Shown here one piece after another: positions 27,580 through 36,925 of a DNA stretch of 64,000 nucleotides. The notes below the pieces were generated by a model. That model worked only from the letters and a program-made list of their open reading frames with translations. It ran no database searches and had not been told where the DNA came from. Source of the stretch: a virus. Lineage: Duplodnaviria > Heunggongvirae > Uroviricota > Caudoviricetes. Position numbers and translations under genes: made by a program. Position 1 is the stretch's first letter. Each line of letters starts with the position of its first letter. The stretch is taken from IMG/VR virus record IMGVR_UViG_3300006056_000031, positions 15,911 to 79,910 of that record; one strand, 5' to 3'.

Positions 27580-28111
27580 AAATCAAACACTGGAGGAGAA
27601 ATTTCTGGATTCTCTAAGAAAAAAGTCAGACAAGAAACCAAAGCTTTTTATCTATTGGAATCTTTTCAGTGTACTGCATCTCGGCGATCCTGATTTTCTG
27701 GAATATATCGTAACTGAATATAAACAAGCACCGGAGGATAGCTGGTGGTTTGTAAATTTCCACAAGGCACTTAGACAGTGTGACTATTTCAGCGACTCCC
27801 TATGTATGACTAATTCTGTAATAACAGATGAGGAAAATAAAAGGAGAAACGAGATATTATCGCTTAGAGCAAAGATCAGAAGAACAGCGGAATTTGACGT
27901 GGAAAGCAAAGAAACCGAATACTACTCCTTGGGTCTAGAATTAGGTGTATTAAACAGGAAAAACACAACCTACAATAGAACATCGATTTCTGGACATCTG
28001 GATTCCATACTTTATCAGTGTATAAGTAATGGGAATGATGAGCTATTCGATTTCATGGGTGAGTTTCTAAAAGAAAATGTTGAGTTTGATAAAGTAGAAC
28101 CCGCTTCGTAA
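27569..28111 (+). CDS. hypothetical protein
   Basis: ORF of 180 aa. Confidence 0.5.
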   Translation: MENKNQTLEEKFLDSLRKKSDKKPKLFIYWNLFSVLHLGDPDFLEYIVTEYKQAPEDSWWFVNFHKALRQCDYFSDSLCMTNSVITDEENKRRNEILSLRAKIRRTAEFDVESKETEYYSLGLELGVLNRKNTTYNRTSISGHLDSILYQCISNGNDELFDFMGEFLKENVEFDKVEPAS

Positions 28112-28866
28112 TGAAAGACCTTCCCATCCTTTGTCCTTGCTGTTTATCACCCCTTGTCGTTACACATCGGGACAGATACGAGGATCTAAGCGACCGTGTT
28201 TCAAATCCAAACGAAACGCCATCAATGAAGGATGGATATCAATGTCTAAATCACGATTGGTGTTTTGCTTCCACGTACAACTGCACCTGGCTAGAGGACG
28301 GTGATTTCTTCTGTGGTGCACCACCGGAGGGAATGGGTTACGGTGACATAAGTAGAATCCTTGATAGGCATTGGAAATTTCCAACTAAAACTTTAGCCGT
28401 AAATTCATGGAACTTCTTTTATAGACTTGGTGAAATTGAAAGGAAGAAAAGAATTAAATCATTCACAATTGGCAAATATACAGTCAGATTTATACCCAGG
28501 GATAAAGGCTATAAATATCCGCTCAGTGAGCAGTATATGCCAAGAAAATTCTCGTACAAAACGGAGATATTAAAAGCAACATCGGATGGGTGTTATACGG
28601 TTATGATTAGTGATTATCGAATGATCAAACATACCATATCGGATTTTAATGCCAATTACTATGATGAATTTAACACCAATGGTGCTTCGTACAGAGGAAC
28701 TTTTTTAGTTGACAAATGTATGGAAGCCATCCGGTGCTCAACAATCTCTGGCTATGAGGACAGAAGAAGGTACAAAGTAATATCAATGTTTCTTATAAAG
28801 ATATTATTTCCATATAAGGTTAAGAGGATAAAAAATCTTGCAAAAGAGAAAAAAAGATTTTTTTAA
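28111..28866 (+). CDS. hypothetical protein
   Basis: ORF of 251 aa with a Cys-rich N-terminus. Confidence 0.5.
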   Translation: MKDLPILCPCCLSPLVVTHRDRYEDLSDRVSNPNETPSMKDGYQCLNHDWCFASTYNCTWLEDGDFFCGAPPEGMGYGDISRILDRHWKFPTKTLAVNSWNFFYRLGEIERKKRIKSFTIGKYTVRFIPRDKGYKYPLSEQYMPRKFSYKTEILKATSDGCYTVMISDYRMIKHTISDFNANYYDEFNTNGASYRGTFLVDKCMEAIRCSTISGYEDRRRYKVISMFLIKILFPYKVKRIKNLAKEKKRFF

Positions 28867-28897
28867 TTCGAAATTTTTTCATACATTTGTATAAAAT
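28863..28897 (+). promoter_or_regulatory. phage promoter (-7 box TACATTTGT 28883-28891)
   Basis: ttaattcgaaattttttcatacatttgtataaaa. Confidence 0.5.
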
Positions 28898-29432
28898 TTT
28901 ACATATGGAAACATTAGCTTACATAGTATTAGCAATATTTGCAATAGTGATTATAATCACCATTAGATCTTTTCTTAAAAGAAGATCAAGAAAATCTGAG
29001 TATAAGGATTGGAAGGTTGGTGATAAGTTGATTATGGATCAATTTAATAGGGACACTGCATACGAAGTTCTAAGAAAAAAGGGTAAAAGTTACGCAAAGC
29101 TTTGTGGTTGGACGGATGATGATGTTTATGTCGATGTTCACGACGGGAATGTTTATAAGATAAAATGGAAGGAAGTAAAATTGAATAAATCTGCATACTG
29201 GAGAAGAAATTACGAGGAAGCTAAGAAGGTCATGGGAACTGATCCGTCATTTAGTGCTGATATAGAAGAACCAACAAGCTCATCATCAATCTCACCCAAA
29301 GGAACTATAGACGGAAAACCGATAGAGTTACTAACTGAGATTGAGTGCCAGGTTTATTTAAAAAATGCAATCGAATCCGAGGATTATAAAGCTGCGGAAG
29401 CGATAAGAAAAAGAATGGAAAATTTCAGATAA
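28887..29432 (+). CDS. hypothetical membrane-anchored protein
   Basis: 181 aa. N-terminal TM segment LAYIVLAIFAIVIIITI. Downstream of promoter box 28883-28891. Confidence 0.5.
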   Translation: MYKILHMETLAYIVLAIFAIVIIITIRSFLKRRSRKSEYKDWKVGDKLIMDQFNRDTAYEVLRKKGKSYAKLCGWTDDDVYVDVHDGNVYKIKWKEVKLNKSAYWRRNYEEAKKVMGTDPSFSADIEEPTSSSSISPKGTIDGKPIELLTEIECQVYLKNAIESEDYKAAEAIRKRMENFR

Positions 29433-29467
29433 TCACAGATAAGACTTTAATACTAAAACATCGAAGA

Positions 29468-29860
29468 ATGAATAAATTATTTGTTAGTTTGGAATTAGCA
29501 ACCTCGCTTAAGGAATTTGAATTTGATGGTGAGTGTATCTGTTTCTATAAAGGGGGAAGACTATCGGTAACTGATCAACATTGGGGATCAGGAATTAGCG
29601 GGATATCTAAAGCACTGGGATATAGAATCGATGATCTAATACTTGCACCAACACACCAGCAGGTAACTGATTGGCTGAGAGATGAGCATGGGATTATCAT
29701 TGTGGTTATGCCATTTCTAATGGAAGATAATGTCATTACCTATGAGTACACAAACTACACAGATAAGGACCAGGACGAAATAGATCATGGCGATGGTCCC
29801 TACGAAGATTACTACGAAGCACTAAACGCAGCAATAAAATCAGCAATATCATGCATTTAA
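29468..29860 (+). CDS. hypothetical protein, paralog family A (divergent)
   Basis: 130 aa. LATSLKEFEFDGECICFY and LAPTHQQVTDWL match the family A motifs. Confidence 0.5.
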   Translation: MNKLFVSLELATSLKEFEFDGECICFYKGGRLSVTDQHWGSGISGISKALGYRIDDLILAPTHQQVTDWLRDEHGIIIVVMPFLMEDNVITYEYTNYTDKDQDEIDHGDGPYEDYYEALNAAIKSAISCI

Positions 29861-30261
29861 TGGAGGAATACTGTGTACCTGTTGATATAGCGGTGCAACT
29901 TAAAAATAGAGGATTTAGTGAACCATGCTTCATGATTTACAATGAAGATGGGATACTAGAGGAGTGTATTAACGTTAATACTCATAAACTTCATCCGATG
30001 GACTATAACCATTTTGGTGGTTTACCGTCATCCATTTCTGCTCCATTATACCACCAGGTTGTTAATTGGTTGGAAAAAAGATGCAGCACACTGATAGAAA
30101 CTTTCAGAGGCGATGATGGATTTCTTGATCTACGGGTTAGAGTTTGGGAAGATCATGATGCTGATGGATATGGCTACATGGAAAAATACAACTCATATTC
30201 AACAAGGGATATGAGAGAATGCTTAGCTGAGGGAATCAGGGAGGCTCTAAAACTTTTATAA
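29851..30261 (+). CDS. hypothetical protein, paralog family A
   Basis: 136 aa. IAVQLKNRGFSEPCFMIY and SAPLYHQVVNWL match the family A motifs. Confidence 0.55.
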   Translation: MHLMEEYCVPVDIAVQLKNRGFSEPCFMIYNEDGILEECINVNTHKLHPMDYNHFGGLPSSISAPLYHQVVNWLEKRCSTLIETFRGDDGFLDLRVRVWEDHDADGYGYMEKYNSYSTRDMRECLAEGIREALKLL

Positions 30262-30614
30262 TGAGAAGACTTTTTAAATTCTATAGGGACGAAACTGGAT
30301 GGTTTGTTGATCTACCTGAATGGGAGGGATCAAAAGCTGATCTACAGATGGTTTCCGGTGCTGATACATTTCTAGATATACTTTCACAGGGAGACACAAC
30401 CATTTATGTTACTTTATCCGATGAGGATTTCGAGGGCGCGAATTTTATGGAGTTTTTATATCTTGGTCGCTTGGAAAATTGGGAATTAGGTGAAGGTGCA
30501 TGGTATAGAATGGAGAAATATATGGGTATCAGATATGATATTGATATGTGGCTTTGTGATGTTACCAAGTTTGTATTTGGTGGATTTCCTGCCACAATCT
30601 ATTTTAAATCATGA
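30261..30614 (+). CDS. hypothetical protein
   Basis: ORF of 117 aa. Confidence 0.5.
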   Translation: MRRLFKFYRDETGWFVDLPEWEGSKADLQMVSGADTFLDILSQGDTTIYVTLSDEDFEGANFMEFLYLGRLENWELGEGAWYRMEKYMGIRYDIDMWLCDVTKFVFGGFPATIYFKS

Positions 30615-30865
30615 GAATCAAAATACCATTGTCAATAGCTCTTTTTTTCCTTAGCGTATCATGCGACGGATTACGTAATATATGTAAGACGGACGAAAGA
30701 ATGAACGGTGAAGTTATCTATGCAGTCCCATCGTCTTGGGGAAGGACAGTTACACTAGAAACAAAATCCGGAAGAGTTATCATATACAGGGTTCCATTGG
30801 AACAACCACTTTACAATATACCAGTTTGTAAGCATCGTGGTAAATATTATTGGGTTATGCCATGA
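30611..30865 (+). CDS. hypothetical secreted small protein
   Basis: 84 aa. Signal-like N-terminus MRIKIPLSIALFFLSVSC. Confidence 0.45.
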   Translation: MRIKIPLSIALFFLSVSCDGLRNICKTDERMNGEVIYAVPSSWGRTVTLETKSGRVIIYRVPLEQPLYNIPVCKHRGKYYWVMP

Positions 30866-31272
30866 AAGGCAGAGTAATATCAATATTAGCTTATAATAAA
30901 TTCGCATTTGGTGATCAGACTGTTTCACAGTTTGTTCTATTCGAATGTAAATGGTTATTCTCCATCATCTTCTTTTATTTTCATAAAAGCGATGGCGCAC
31001 AGGATAGATTTCACACACATGCATTTAATGCATTCTCAGTGAAACTATTTGGAAGATATGATGAGTTTATTCTTCTTGACGAAAAAACTGGAGAATATGA
31101 AGTTAGACCAAGGGTGAAGGTTTTCCAATACTTTCCTAGAGATTCATATCACAAAATAGGAAATGGAACTGGATGCATGACAATATTGTTTTCCGGACCA
31201 TGGAAAAAGACATGGAAGGAGTATATCGATGGAGAAATAATTAAATATAACTGGAACAGAAAAAAATTATGA
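30850..31272 (+). CDS. hypothetical protein
   Basis: ORF of 140 aa. Confidence 0.45.
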   Translation: MGYAMKGRVISILAYNKFAFGDQTVSQFVLFECKWLFSIIFFYFHKSDGAQDRFHTHAFNAFSVKLFGRYDEFILLDEKTGEYEVRPRVKVFQYFPRDSYHKIGNGTGCMTILFSGPWKKTWKEYIDGEIIKYNWNRKKL

Positions 31273-31646
31273 CACAATCAGACATGTTAAGGAGTTTCTT
31301 TGACTTTAACGGCTTATATCAAAAAATAAGAGAAAAAACATTAGAGGACTTCCCGACACTGGAAGAATACCTACAATTCATAGATGATCACGAAGAGGAT
31401 AAGCAGAAGGCTGAGAGTCTTTATTATTTCATAACCGATCCGAAGCACAATGAGATTTTCATGGACTTTGAAGTTGGTGAGGATAATGAGATAGTAGTTA
31501 AGAACGACGCTATAGAAATCCACTTCTGGGAAGATACGAGTTACTCCAACGAGGGCGGAAGTCACGATGGAGGATACGAGTATTGGTTCCGAATTAATCT
31601 GGATCTTGAAAACTTTATTGGGTTGGATGTCGTAAATCAAAATTAA
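31269..31646 (+). CDS. hypothetical protein
   Basis: ORF of 125 aa with an ATGA overlap. Confidence 0.45.
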   Translation: MTQSDMLRSFFDFNGLYQKIREKTLEDFPTLEEYLQFIDDHEEDKQKAESLYYFITDPKHNEIFMDFEVGEDNEIVVKNDAIEIHFWEDTSYSNEGGSHDGGYEYWFRINLDLENFIGLDVVNQN

Positions 31647-31648
31647 AA

Positions 31649-32155
31649 ATGGAGGAAAAAATTAAGATTATATTTCTCGATATTGACGGCGTATTGAATG
31701 TTTATTCCCACGATCATGATGAATTTGGAAGTCAATTTCACAAGCATTTCGTTGATAACCTTGGGATGATAATAGAAGAGACAGGAGCCAAGATAGTGAT
31801 CTCATCAACATGGAGATACGCAGGATTGGAGAGAATGAAAGAGATGTGGCAGAAGAGAAATCTGCCAGGTGAGGTTATTGATGTTACACCAGACTGTACA
31901 TATTTATATAATGAGGGACTACTTGAGCTCACCACGAGAATTGAAAGAGGCCATGAGGTAGAGTATTGGTTAGATGAAAACAGGAAGAATGTTACTAAAT
32001 ATGTTATTCTTGACGACAATAGTGATTTTTTACCCCACCAACTCGGTAATTTTGTTATGACATCAAATAATATCAATCATCCGGATTGTGTGGATATCGG
32101 ATATGGTTTAACTAAAGAATGTTCAAAAAAAGCAATTAGAATATTAAATGGCTAA
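31649..32155 (+). CDS. HAD-superfamily phosphatase (DxDGV motif; Pnkp-phosphatase/5'-nucleotidase-like)
   Basis: N-terminal KIIFLDIDGVLN is HAD motif I (hhhDxDGT/V). A downstream ...VISSTWR... suggests motif II (S/T). Its size fits a stand-alone small HAD phosphatase. Confidence 0.5.
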   Translation: MEEKIKIIFLDIDGVLNVYSHDHDEFGSQFHKHFVDNLGMIIEETGAKIVISSTWRYAGLERMKEMWQKRNLPGEVIDVTPDCTYLYNEGLLELTTRIERGHEVEYWLDENRKNVTKYVILDDNSDFLPHQLGNFVMTSNNINHPDCVDIGYGLTKECSKKAIRILNG

Positions 32156-32444
32156 GGAAGAAAAAGACGAATACTGGAGATGTGTGATTGGACCAGTTAA
32201 GAGAAGAGAATTACCAAACGGAGCAGATTTTCCATTAAGGTGGGCTGTTAGAGAAAAATTCGAGGAGATGATTGGTAGAGATGCTGAAACATGTTCATCC
32301 GGATGGGGCATGGATGAAGAAACTAGATCAGTTTGTTCCAGTATAGGCTTGTTGAGCATAACAGACCCGTCGGGGGTTAAACTGAAAATGATAAAGGAAA
32401 TATTGGATTCTGAGTTTCTTGATTTTCCAAACCTTAAGAAATAA
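32148..32444 (+). CDS. hypothetical protein
   Basis: ORF of 98 aa. Confidence 0.45.
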   Translation: MAKEEKDEYWRCVIGPVKRRELPNGADFPLRWAVREKFEEMIGRDAETCSSGWGMDEETRSVCSSIGLLSITDPSGVKLKMIKEILDSEFLDFPNLKK

Positions 32445-32460
32445 TTCGGAATAAATTTTT

Positions 32461-32495
32461 ATATCTCGAATTAAATTCATACATTTGCAATATAA
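32461..32495 (+). promoter_or_regulatory. phage promoter (-7 box TACATTTGC 32480-32488)
   Basis: atatctcgaattaaattcatacatttgcaatataa. Confidence 0.55.
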
Positions 32496-32943
32496 TTTAA
32501 TAAAAGAAATCATGGCATCGGATATGTTGGAGAAAATGAAAGCTTTCATGGAGACTCCCGAGGGAAAGGCTTCACTCGAAAGAATGAGAGATAAGATGAA
32601 ACGAGAGGCTGACAGAAAGCAAAGAGCCTTCGAATATATCGAGAGCCTATCCAGAGCGGAATTTGAATCTAAATTAGCTAAGGAGATTGCCAGACATGAT
32701 GATGCCTACGTAGGAAGATGTTATGCTAAGGGTCACATGCCACACCCAAGAAATCTAATGTATTTTGTATTTGATGCAGCTGAGATTGGCGGGAGACCTT
32801 ATAACAAGCAGCTTGACACTTTTGATGCAAGTTTCGGTGGTGGAACTATTAAATATAGAGGCCACTACTTCAATTGGGTATTTGGACAGGGGACTGTTCT
32901 AAGAATATTCAATCCAAAAAAAGAATGTATTTTTTCACTATAA
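32485..32943 (+). CDS. hypothetical protein
   Basis: ORF of 152 aa downstream of promoter box 32480-32488. Confidence 0.5.
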   Translation: MQYNLIKEIMASDMLEKMKAFMETPEGKASLERMRDKMKREADRKQRAFEYIESLSRAEFESKLAKEIARHDDAYVGRCYAKGHMPHPRNLMYFVFDAAEIGGRPYNKQLDTFDASFGGGTIKYRGHYFNWVFGQGTVLRIFNPKKECIFSL

Positions 32944-32955
32944 AAACCAAATAAA

Positions 32956-33153
32956 ATGGCAGTAACAAGACAAAAATTTTTAATCACTTCGAGTACTAAA
33001 GCTAATGCACAGGAAGAAGTTGATGCTGTGTTAAACGACGGGTGGAGAATCATCTCAGTAACGGCAAGAGAAGTAGCAACAGGAAAATCCGGGGTAACAG
33101 AACATGGAGGATTTGGTATTCTATTTGAAAAATTCTTCCCAGACGAAAACTAA
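32956..33153 (+). CDS. hypothetical protein
   Basis: ORF of 65 aa. Confidence 0.4.
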   Translation: MAVTRQKFLITSSTKANAQEEVDAVLNDGWRIISVTAREVATGKSGVTEHGGFGILFEKFFPDEN

Positions 33154-33167
33154 TACAGATTTCATCT

Positions 33168-33216
33168 GATTGTGGTGATATATAGAAATAAAGATTCATA
33201 TGTATTTCTATGTATA
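33168..33216 (+). promoter_or_regulatory. imperfect inverted repeat spanning the start codon of the GIY-YIG gene (possible translational occlusion hairpin)
   Basis: TATATAGAAATA-aagattcatATG-TATTTCTATGTATATA. The ATG (33200) lies inside the predicted stem-loop. Confidence 0.35.
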
Positions 33217-34135
33217 TAAAATAACTAACACTGAACCTCTTGATGAAAGAAAATTTTATATTGGTGTAAGAACATCAAAGGTTGAACCATTATTGGATAT
33301 AAAATATTGGGGTTCATCAAAATCACTGAGCAGGGAGATAAGGGAGAGAGGAATTTCAATATTTAGGAAAGAAATACTTTCAATTTTTAACGACAGATCA
33401 GCAGCGGTGGAGGAAGAAATAAGACTCCATATGCTCTATAATGTTGATAAAAATTTGGAATATTATAATTTATCAATAAGTGGATCAATAGAATATGATG
33501 CTTCTGATAGGGTTAGCGTATTCGATAGCGAAGGTAAAACCCTAAGTGTTTCCACCAAAGATCCGAAATATCTATCGGGAAATTACAAATCCATAACCCA
33601 TGGATTTGTAACGTGTAGAAATGATAAGGGTGAAAATGTTAGAGTTAAGAAGGATGACTTCTACTCCAATGAAAAGTATACGAGTCCAAACGTAGGAATG
33701 GTTCCAGCAAAAGATTTTAACGGAAATACTTTCCTTGCAAATAAAAATGATCCAAGGTTACTAAATGGTGAGATAATGAGTGTTCATAAAGGTAAAGTTA
33801 TGTGCACAGACCAATGTGGAAAAAATAGATTAGTTACGTCTGATGAATTTAAAAACGACCCAAATCTGTTTGGCGTATGTAAAAATAAAATCTCGGGAAA
33901 TAAAAACGGGAGAGCTAAAATTATAGATATATTTAATAATAGTGGTGATCTTATTTATAGATGCGATGGAAATTTTAAAAAAGTTTGTATGGAAAATAAA
34001 TTTCCATTCGTGCCATTAAAAAAGTCCCATATAAATGGGGGTGTACCTATATACCAATCAAAAAAAGCAAAAACTGATTCAATTAAAAATGGTACGCAAT
34101 CCTATATAGGATGGTACGCAAAAGAAATTAAATAA
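33200..34135 (+). CDS. GIY-YIG homing endonuclease
   Basis: N-terminal FYVYKITNTEPLDERKFYIGVRT...E (GIY-x10-YIG). Long C-terminal DNA-binding region. Confidence 0.75.
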   Translation: MYFYVYKITNTEPLDERKFYIGVRTSKVEPLLDIKYWGSSKSLSREIRERGISIFRKEILSIFNDRSAAVEEEIRLHMLYNVDKNLEYYNLSISGSIEYDASDRVSVFDSEGKTLSVSTKDPKYLSGNYKSITHGFVTCRNDKGENVRVKKDDFYSNEKYTSPNVGMVPAKDFNGNTFLANKNDPRLLNGEIMSVHKGKVMCTDQCGKNRLVTSDEFKNDPNLFGVCKNKISGNKNGRAKIIDIFNNSGDLIYRCDGNFKKVCMENKFPFVPLKKSHINGGVPIYQSKKAKTDSIKNGTQSYIGWYAKEIK

Positions 34136-34136
34136 A

Positions 34137-34376
34137 ATGAAGTACAATAGCATAAATGAAATCGTGACTTCTCCTGAATGGAAGGAGTTCATTGACCTTG
34201 AAAACAAAGCAGCCGAGGAGAGATTAGCTAATATGACACTCAAGGAAAGAATGACTGAAGCTATGGATAGAATGGTTGGACCACAAGAAGGTGTGCTAAA
34301 TATGATTGTTGGAAAGTCAGCAAGTGGATCATCCATGATACAAAAATTCTTAGATAAATATCAAAAAGATGTATAA
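34137..34376 (+). CDS. hypothetical protein
   Basis: ORF of 79 aa. Confidence 0.45.
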   Translation: MKYNSINEIVTSPEWKEFIDLENKAAEERLANMTLKERMTEAMDRMVGPQEGVLNMIVGKSASGSSMIQKFLDKYQKDV

Positions 34377-34626
34377 ACCAAAGTATATTATAGCAGACGG
34401 AAGTGCAATTATTTTCTCTGCAGCAATCCAACATAGCGATATGGCTAGAGGAATGGGTAGAATAGATGGTGCTGGATTCGTAGACTTTAGAACAGAGGTT
34501 GACTCATGGGGAGAAACTATAGTGAAAGCCTTCGCGTACGGAAAGAGCACATCATTGGGAATAGAATCCAGACCGGAAGAGGATTCAGCAATCTTAACAA
34601 GACAGATCACAAATGTCTTCGGATAA
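34369..34626 (+). CDS. hypothetical protein
   Basis: ORF of 85 aa. Confidence 0.45.
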   Translation: MYKPKYIIADGSAIIFSAAIQHSDMARGMGRIDGAGFVDFRTEVDSWGETIVKAFAYGKSTSLGIESRPEEDSAILTRQITNVFG

Positions 34627-35062
34627 ACATATGACAATAGCAATAGCTCAGGCTGATGTTCCAAATCTAATAGGTAACATCTACACAAAAGAGGCTATAA
34701 CTAAAATGTATGAGAATGTCAAGGAAGCGATAGATAAAGGATTCTTTGGTGGTGAGCTAATACATGATGCTAGCGATAGGACCTACGAAACCACGCTTGA
34801 TCTATCAAAGGTGACTCATCAAGTATCAAAGGTGGATGTGGTTGATGGGTTTCTTGTTGCTGATGTTGAGTTTATGGATACCCATCATGGCGAAATAGCT
34901 AGAACCCTAGTTGAATCTGCGGCTGGTGTCATAAGACCGACCATTGCTGGTACTCTTGATCCAATAACAAAAGAGATTACAGTGAGCAACGTTATAAGTT
35001 TTGATATAATACAATATCACGATGATTTTAGATTACATATAACTTGGAAACAAATAAAATAA
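34613..35062 (+). CDS. hypothetical protein
   Basis: ORF of 149 aa. Confidence 0.5.
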   Translation: MSSDKHMTIAIAQADVPNLIGNIYTKEAITKMYENVKEAIDKGFFGGELIHDASDRTYETTLDLSKVTHQVSKVDVVDGFLVADVEFMDTHHGEIARTLVESAAGVIRPTIAGTLDPITKEITVSNVISFDIIQYHDDFRLHITWKQIK

Positions 35063-35063
35063 T

Positions 35064-35381
35064 ATGGCAGATAAAATATTCATATTCATCCTGCTAATAC
35101 ACTTCCTAGCAGATTTTGCGTTACAGACCGACGACCAGGCAAAGGGTAAAAGCACGGATACAAAATGGTTAACGTATCACGTTGCTGTTTATTCGATTAT
35201 ATGGTTGATGGCATCTTGGTTCTATTTTGGTGATTTTAGACAAGCAGTATTCTTTGCTACCGTGACATTCATTTGTCACTGGTGTACAGATTTTCTTACA
35301 AGCAGAATTGGTAAACCTTTCTGGGATATGAGCCATTGGTTCTTAATAAATTATTGGAAAAATATATGGAATCCGATATAG
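35064..35381 (+). CDS. hypothetical membrane protein
   Basis: 105 aa with three hydrophobic segments. Confidence 0.45.
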   Translation: MADKIFIFILLIHFLADFALQTDDQAKGKSTDTKWLTYHVAVYSIIWLMASWFYFGDFRQAVFFATVTFICHWCTDFLTSRIGKPFWDMSHWFLINYWKNIWNPI

Positions 35382-35623
35382 TTATTGGTGTGACTAACAT
35401 ACATTCACAAATAGGTAGGATATATTACAATTTTGAAAATGTTGAAAGAACATATTACCCCGATTTTTATATCAAAAGCATAAATACAATAATAGAGGTT
35501 AAAAGTGAATATACATTTAATATAAAGAAGGAAGAAAATATGGCAAAGTATAATGCCTGTATAAGTTCGGGATTTTTGTTTGAATTTAATATAGTAGATA
35601 GAAATGGAATACGTAGAAATTAA
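35336..35623 (+). CDS. small PD-(D/E)XK-like nuclease (putative homing-endonuclease fragment or stand-alone nuclease)
   Basis: YYPDFYIKS...IIEVKSEY fits a PD-x(n)-(D/E)xK pattern. Confidence 0.35.
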   Translation: MVLNKLLEKYMESDIVIGVTNIHSQIGRIYYNFENVERTYYPDFYIKSINTIIEVKSEYTFNIKKEENMAKYNACISSGFLFEFNIVDRNGIRRN

Positions 35624-36098
35624 AGGTGATCTTATTAAACTTGCATTAGAGGGTAGTTTTGACGTCATTAGTCACGGCGTAAATTGTTACGCCACTATGG
35701 GAGCTGGTATAGCACCACAAATGGCGAAAGCATTTGGTTGTGATAAGTTTCCGTTGGAGAGTCAACAGCATAGAGGTGACTATAACAAGCTTGGACAGAT
35801 TGATTGGAAGATTAATACATACACCGGAGAAAATGGCGAATTTGATTTGGCTGTTGTTAATAGCTACACCCAGTACGGGTTTGGATTAAACCATGATGGC
35901 GGAACCGCTAGACCACTTGATTATGATGCACTTAGACTCTGCATGAGAAAAATAAACCACCAATTCAAAGGTAGACCCGTCGGACTCCCGAAAATTGGTT
36001 CAAAACTCGCCGGCGGTGATTGGGAGATTATAAAAGTAATTATCCAAGAGGAACTAAAAGATTGTAAAGTAACCGTTGTAATATACGATAAGGAATAA
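35604..36098 (+). CDS. macro-domain-like protein (ADP-ribose binding/processing), tentative
   Basis: GDLIKLALEGSFDVISHGVNCYATMGAGIAPQMAKAFG resembles the macro-domain core (GDIT....DaIVNaAN..L.gGgGV..AI..AaG). Motif-level similarity only. Confidence 0.4.
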   Translation: MEYVEIKGDLIKLALEGSFDVISHGVNCYATMGAGIAPQMAKAFGCDKFPLESQQHRGDYNKLGQIDWKINTYTGENGEFDLAVVNSYTQYGFGLNHDGGTARPLDYDALRLCMRKINHQFKGRPVGLPKIGSKLAGGDWEIIKVIIQEELKDCKVTVVIYDKE

Positions 36099-36508
36099 TG
36101 AAGGTTATTTTTGAAAACAAATATACTGGCGACAAAGTAATCAGGGTGGACGAGAAATATCATTTTCTGGATGGGAATAAGGTGCTTAAGGAAACCATTA
36201 AAAATGGAATAATCGATAAGGGTGAAGATTGGGAAATGATTGAACCTAAAGGGGATCTTTATATAAAAGGAACCAACGAAAGGGGTAAGGATTACTTCAG
36301 AAGCTTCTGTAAGGGAATAGAATATCATCCGGGTGACAGTATAACAATACAGAAAAATGTGTCATTTGGTGACGGTAGAAGAGACTTTGTAATAAAGAGC
36401 TTTTATATAAGCGACAAACCAAATGATGATGGAGTTTATGAATACGTTTATGCAGAGACAATTTGTGGAAGAAGTATTCATTTAAGCGAAGTAATAATTA
36501 AACCATAA
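36098..36508 (+). CDS. hypothetical protein
   Basis: ORF of 136 aa with a TAATG overlap. Confidence 0.5.
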   Translation: MKVIFENKYTGDKVIRVDEKYHFLDGNKVLKETIKNGIIDKGEDWEMIEPKGDLYIKGTNERGKDYFRSFCKGIEYHPGDSITIQKNVSFGDGRRDFVIKSFYISDKPNDDGVYEYVYAETICGRSIHLSEVIIKP

Positions 36509-36519
36509 TAAAAAATAAT

Positions 36520-36747
36520 ATGACAAGAGATCAATTTAAAATAGTAGCAAAGTATTACGATACAAATTCATTAACATATATTTTCTATCTCGATATTATT
36601 ATCGGCTACGTTGAAGTTTATAGTGATCTATACTACTTGGAAGTTGAAAAGGATAATTGGAAATCACAGAAAAAGAAAAGAAAACCAGATGCAATCAATT
36701 CTGAGTGTGAGGTTCTTATTAAAAAATATATTGCTGCAAATTCATAA
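36520..36747 (+). CDS. hypothetical protein
   Basis: ORF of 75 aa. Confidence 0.4.
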   Translation: MTRDQFKIVAKYYDTNSLTYIFYLDIIIGYVEVYSDLYYLEVEKDNWKSQKKKRKPDAINSECEVLIKKYIAANS

Positions 36748-36758
36748 TCCAAAAAGCC

Positions 36759-36923
36759 ATGATAGAAAGATTAATAAGCAGACTAACAATGAAATGTGAA
36801 GGTTCATTGTTTACCGACGTTGTTAACGGAAGATCAGTAAATCTTTATATAGATGGCTATGGAGTTGAATGGATGGCACAATCAAAGTGGGGATTTAGAA
36901 CTAAAAGAAAAGAAAATCAATAA
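36759..36923 (+). CDS. hypothetical small protein (54 aa)
   Basis: An ATG-initiated ORF fills the gap up to the 36926 start. Below the track cutoff. Confidence 0.3.
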   Translation: MIERLISRLTMKCEGSLFTDVVNGRSVNLYIDGYGVEWMAQSKWGFRTKRKENQ

Positions 36924-36925
36924 AA

